DNA of 64,000 nucleotides, taken from assembly GCA_000092065.1 (NCBI GenBank), contig CP000600.1; one strand, written 5' to 3'. The translations under genes and the position numbers were made by a program. Source of the stretch: Ostreococcus lucimarinus (Eukaryota). This document shows positions 61,664-64,000 of the stretch, in pieces. The notes beneath the pieces were generated by a model. That model was not told the DNA's origin. It made no database searches and saw only the letters and a list, made by a program, of their open reading frames with translations. Each line of letters begins with the position of its first letter. Position 1 is the first letter of the stretch.

Positions 61664-61951
61664 CTACTGCGGCGGCCCGCCCATTTGTTGCATCGATTGC
61701 GCGTTTAATTCCGCGAACCGCACCGACGTTCGCGCCGAGTGCTTCAGGAACTTTTCGCAGCACTTCGACACGCATCGCTCTTCGTCCTTCTCCAGCGTTT
61801 TCCTCCGAAACGACTGCACGCACGTCGAGAAGCACCGCTCCACCAAGTTGTTATACATCTTCAGGCTGTCTCGCGTCTGCATCGCTTCGATCATGCCCAT
61901 CATCTTCGCCTTGTCTTCCTCCGGGAACCCATCGAGCATGGCTGGGTCCAT
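61664..61951 (-). CDS. TIM9: Small Tim protein of the mitochondrial intermembrane space (Tim9-like), with twin CX3C motifs.
   Basis: CFSTC...(x15)...CVSKC twin CX3C motif, ~95 aa, collinear with TIMM9. Confidence 0.8.
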   Translation of the reverse strand: MDPAMLDGFPEEDKAKMMGMIEAMQTRDSLKMYNNLVERCFSTCVQSFRRKTLEKDEERCVSKCCEKFLKHSARTSVRFAELNAQSMQQMGGPPQ

Positions 61952-62412
61952 GGCGACCTCGGTTTCGCTCGAGTCCGTCGCCGCGTCGCTCGGCGGCGTC
62001 TGCGGTGCCGCCGTCGCGGGCCGCCTTTCGACCCCGACCTAGGGTTCGGGCGCGCCCTCGATCGCGCGCGAAATCCGAGGCGCGGGCGTCCGAATGTGCC
62101 GGGGCGGGCGGGGCGGGTGTCCGAATGTCCGAATTGCGCGCACGTCCGCACTGTTTGCGCACACGATACAGACGTCCGCGCGCGCGTGTGATCTTTCGCG
62201 CCGACGTCACGCGCGTCGAGAGGGCGCGCGCTCGGACGCGTCGCGCGCGAGCGGGGACGGGGCACAGCGCGACGCGACGGCGAGGAACGACGCGAAAGAT
62301 TGAGTCGCATCACCGCGCGCGCCGGGCGAGGACGACGCGCGCGAACGACGGCGAGAAGACGCGCGGAAGACGAGGGCGAAAGAGCGAGGGCGAAGGGCTC
62401 GGTGGGGGGAGT

Positions 62413-63528
62413 ATGAAGACGCGGGGACGGACGACGCGGGCGCGGTCGGAGGACGCGGGGGAAGAAAACGAGGGCGCGCGAGATGGAGACGCGGGGAAGG
62501 CGCCCGAGGGAGCGACGGAGGAAGCGGCGGTGCCGAATGATGATTTTCTGTGCCTGTTCGACGAGAGCGCGCGAGAAGAGCCGGCGACGCTGAACGGGGC
62601 GTGGGAGGACGTGTTCGCGCAGCATCATCACGCGAACGCACCGCAAGGCGGTGTGGAAGGAGGGTTTCATCAAGGCAGTGAAGACGCGGGTGAACACTTT
62701 CCACAATCTGGATACGTGGACACGGTGCAGTACAAGCTTCCGACGACGCGCCCAGGGGTGGCGTCGACGTCGAGAGGGCGCGTGACAAAATCGCGCAGCG
62801 GCACTAGAACGTCAGGTTCGAGGAAGCCAAAGCCGATATCTCAATCTTTACCACCACGCCCGCAAGCGATGATGGCTCCGCTACCTCAGCCGATGTCACC
62901 GATGATGTACCGTTCGCCGGGGGGCAAGCCGAGGTCTTCGAGGTACAACGGCGTGTGCCGCCACGCCAAGTCTGGGCGTTACGAGGCGCACGTCTGGTTG
63001 AGAGAGTCACGACGGCAAGTTTACCTAGGTGGACACCTGGAGGAAGAGTTTGCCGCCGAGGCTTTTGATATCATTGTGTTGAAGCTCGCACGCATCGGCG
63101 ATCGCTCTCGAACAGGAACGCGTCCGCTTAAAATGAACTTTCCCGAGTCTCGTTACGCAAACTTGATCGGTTTCATTGATTCTCTTACGCTCGATGAACT
63201 GATCATGGAGGTTCGCCGACATTCCGAAGGTTTTGCGAGGGGTAATTCGGGATACAGAGGGGTCACGCAACACTCGCCTAAGAAGTTTGAGGCGAGAGTC
63301 GGAGTGCCCCCGCAAAGCAAACACGTGTACTTGGGGCTCTACGATTCTGCCGAGAAAGCTGCGGTGGCGTACGACACCGCTCTCGTTCAAGCGAGGGGAC
63401 GGAGAGCTTCGACGAACTTTCCAATTTACAACTACGACGAGCACATTCGCCAATACGAAGAAGCAGTGGCGAGGAATCCGGCGCTCGAGCAACACGAGCA
63501 CGGGCAGTACGAAGATTTACAACGATGA
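62413..63528 (+). CDS. AP2/ERF transcription factor with two AP2 domains (AP2-subfamily architecture).
   Basis: Two AP2 domains (SSRYNGVCRHAKSGRYEAHVWL...QVYLGGHLEEEFAAEAFD; SGYRGVTQHSPKKFEARVGVPPQSKHVYLGLYDSAEKAAVAYDTALVQARGRRASTNF). Start uncertain. The ORF-track start at 61552 overlaps TIM9 on the other strand, so I used the ATG at 62413. Confidence 0.6.
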   Translation: MKTRGRTTRARSEDAGEENEGARDGDAGKAPEGATEEAAVPNDDFLCLFDESAREEPATLNGAWEDVFAQHHHANAPQGGVEGGFHQGSEDAGEHFPQSGYVDTVQYKLPTTRPGVASTSRGRVTKSRSGTRTSGSRKPKPISQSLPPRPQAMMAPLPQPMSPMMYRSPGGKPRSSRYNGVCRHAKSGRYEAHVWLRESRRQVYLGGHLEEEFAAEAFDIIVLKLARIGDRSRTGTRPLKMNFPESRYANLIGFIDSLTLDELIMEVRRHSEGFARGNSGYRGVTQHSPKKFEARVGVPPQSKHVYLGLYDSAEKAAVAYDTALVQARGRRASTNFPIYNYDEHIRQYEEAVARNPALEQHEHGQYEDLQR

Positions 63529-63619
63529 AACGACCACGAACGACGACCACGATGATGTGACTTTTGAACCAAATGAAATGTAAAACATGTACAAAACGCA
63601 CGCAAATAAATAAGCTATC

Positions 63620-64000
63620 CTACTTCATCGTAAACTCGTCGCCCTCTTCAAGCGCGGGCCAGAGCTCGAGCGGCCCGGCGTCGAAAGCTTTTCCGACATC
63701 GTCGCCCTCACCCCAACGCACTTTTTGCACCAAAACTCGAACGCCCTTGCGCTGAGCCCGCGATAAATGTTTTGCGAACGATGGGCACGCCGCACCGTTA
63801 GGACGCATACCCATTGCGTCTGCTCTACTACAAATAAAAAGCACCGCCGGGTGGACGTCGGGACTCTTGGACGCGAGTTCGCTGAGCTCGCGCAAGTGCT
63901 CGATCGCCCTGGCGCTCACCACTTTTTCACCATCCGGGCCTTTCTGACCTCGTTTTCCCCATGGAAATATTCCCGCGCGCGCGTATGGCTCACCTTTCTT
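63620..64000 (-). CDS. sfsA: SfsA-like protein (sugar fermentation stimulation protein A family). The 3' part of the gene is here; the 5' end lies beyond the window.
   Basis: HLRELSELASKSPDVHPAVLFICSRADAMGMRPNGAACPSFAKHLSRAQRKGVRVLVQKVRW...GPLEL is collinear with the SfsA C-terminal domain (RGRKHLRELIEAVKQGYRAVVLFVVQR...DPKFAEALREAVKAGVEVLAY...). The minus-strand frame stays open to the window edge. Confidence 0.5.
   Translation of the reverse strand, partial: KKGEPYARAGIFPWGKRGQKGPDGEKVVSARAIEHLRELSELASKSPDVHPAVLFICSRADAMGMRPNGAACPSFAKHLSRAQRKGVRVLVQKVRWGEGDDVGKAFDAGPLELWPALEEGDEFTMK

Noticed and set aside
1-64000. Possibility that the window is prokaryotic or a bacterial contaminant, given the TrmK, short-form ArgC, SfsA, Fmt and bL19/bL31 genes.
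   Set aside because: These genes are interleaved within a few hundred bp of unambiguously eukaryotic genes (transportin, GINS1, TFIIF-beta, MAD2, SWIP with spliceosomal introns, eukaryote-type LysRS with a spliced N-terminal appendage). Several carry presequences typical of nuclear-encoded organelle proteins.
1-64000. tRNA, rRNA, snRNA genes and transposable elements.
   Set aside because: No tRNA-like T-loop/anticodon-arm architecture (e.g. GGTTCGAATCC-type motifs in intergenic DNA) was seen by eye. I also saw no rDNA-like segments, LTRs, TIRs or transposase/RT ORFs. A proper tRNAscan/Infernal/RepeatMasker run is still needed.

Overview
This 64-kb window is nuclear DNA from a GC-rich, gene-dense, intron-poor eukaryote. 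The identifiable genes are eukaryotic (transportin, GINS1, TFIIF-beta, MAD2, a eukaryote-type lysyl-tRNA synthetase, a DEAD-box helicase) together with organelle-targeted products (Fd-GOGAT, EPSP synthase, bL19, bL31, Fmt, COX15, Tim9). On that basis the sequence is most consistent with a green picoalga of the Mamiellophyceae (Micromonas/Ostreococcus-like); this is an inference from composition and gene content, not a database hit. I can support about 43 protein-coding genes. Most are arranged as closely spaced head-to-head or tail-to-tail pairs with intergenic spacers of 0-200 bp. The six-frame track contains many long antisense ORFs rich in Arg/Ala/Pro. These are GC-composition artefacts, and I did not call them. 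No tRNA or rRNA genes, CRISPR arrays or recognisable transposons were found by eye. The observations most worth a second look are these. (1) A single ORF fuses a bacterial-type TrmK tRNA m1A methyltransferase domain to an AlkB-family dioxygenase domain, a candidate writer-eraser fusion. (2) A five-exon gene encodes a WASH-complex SWIP/WASHC4 orthologue with short AT-rich introns, in an otherwise almost intron-free neighbourhood. (3) A bacterial short-form ArgC carries an organelle-targeting-like extension. (4) A CotH-like protein has a signal-peptide-like N-terminus. (5) A motif containing AAACAGTCAG / CGTATGCGTAAACAGT recurs upstream of several genes. (6) Long perfect microsatellites fill a 3'-3' gene junction. 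Several gene starts and small multi-exon models are uncertain and are flagged as such.
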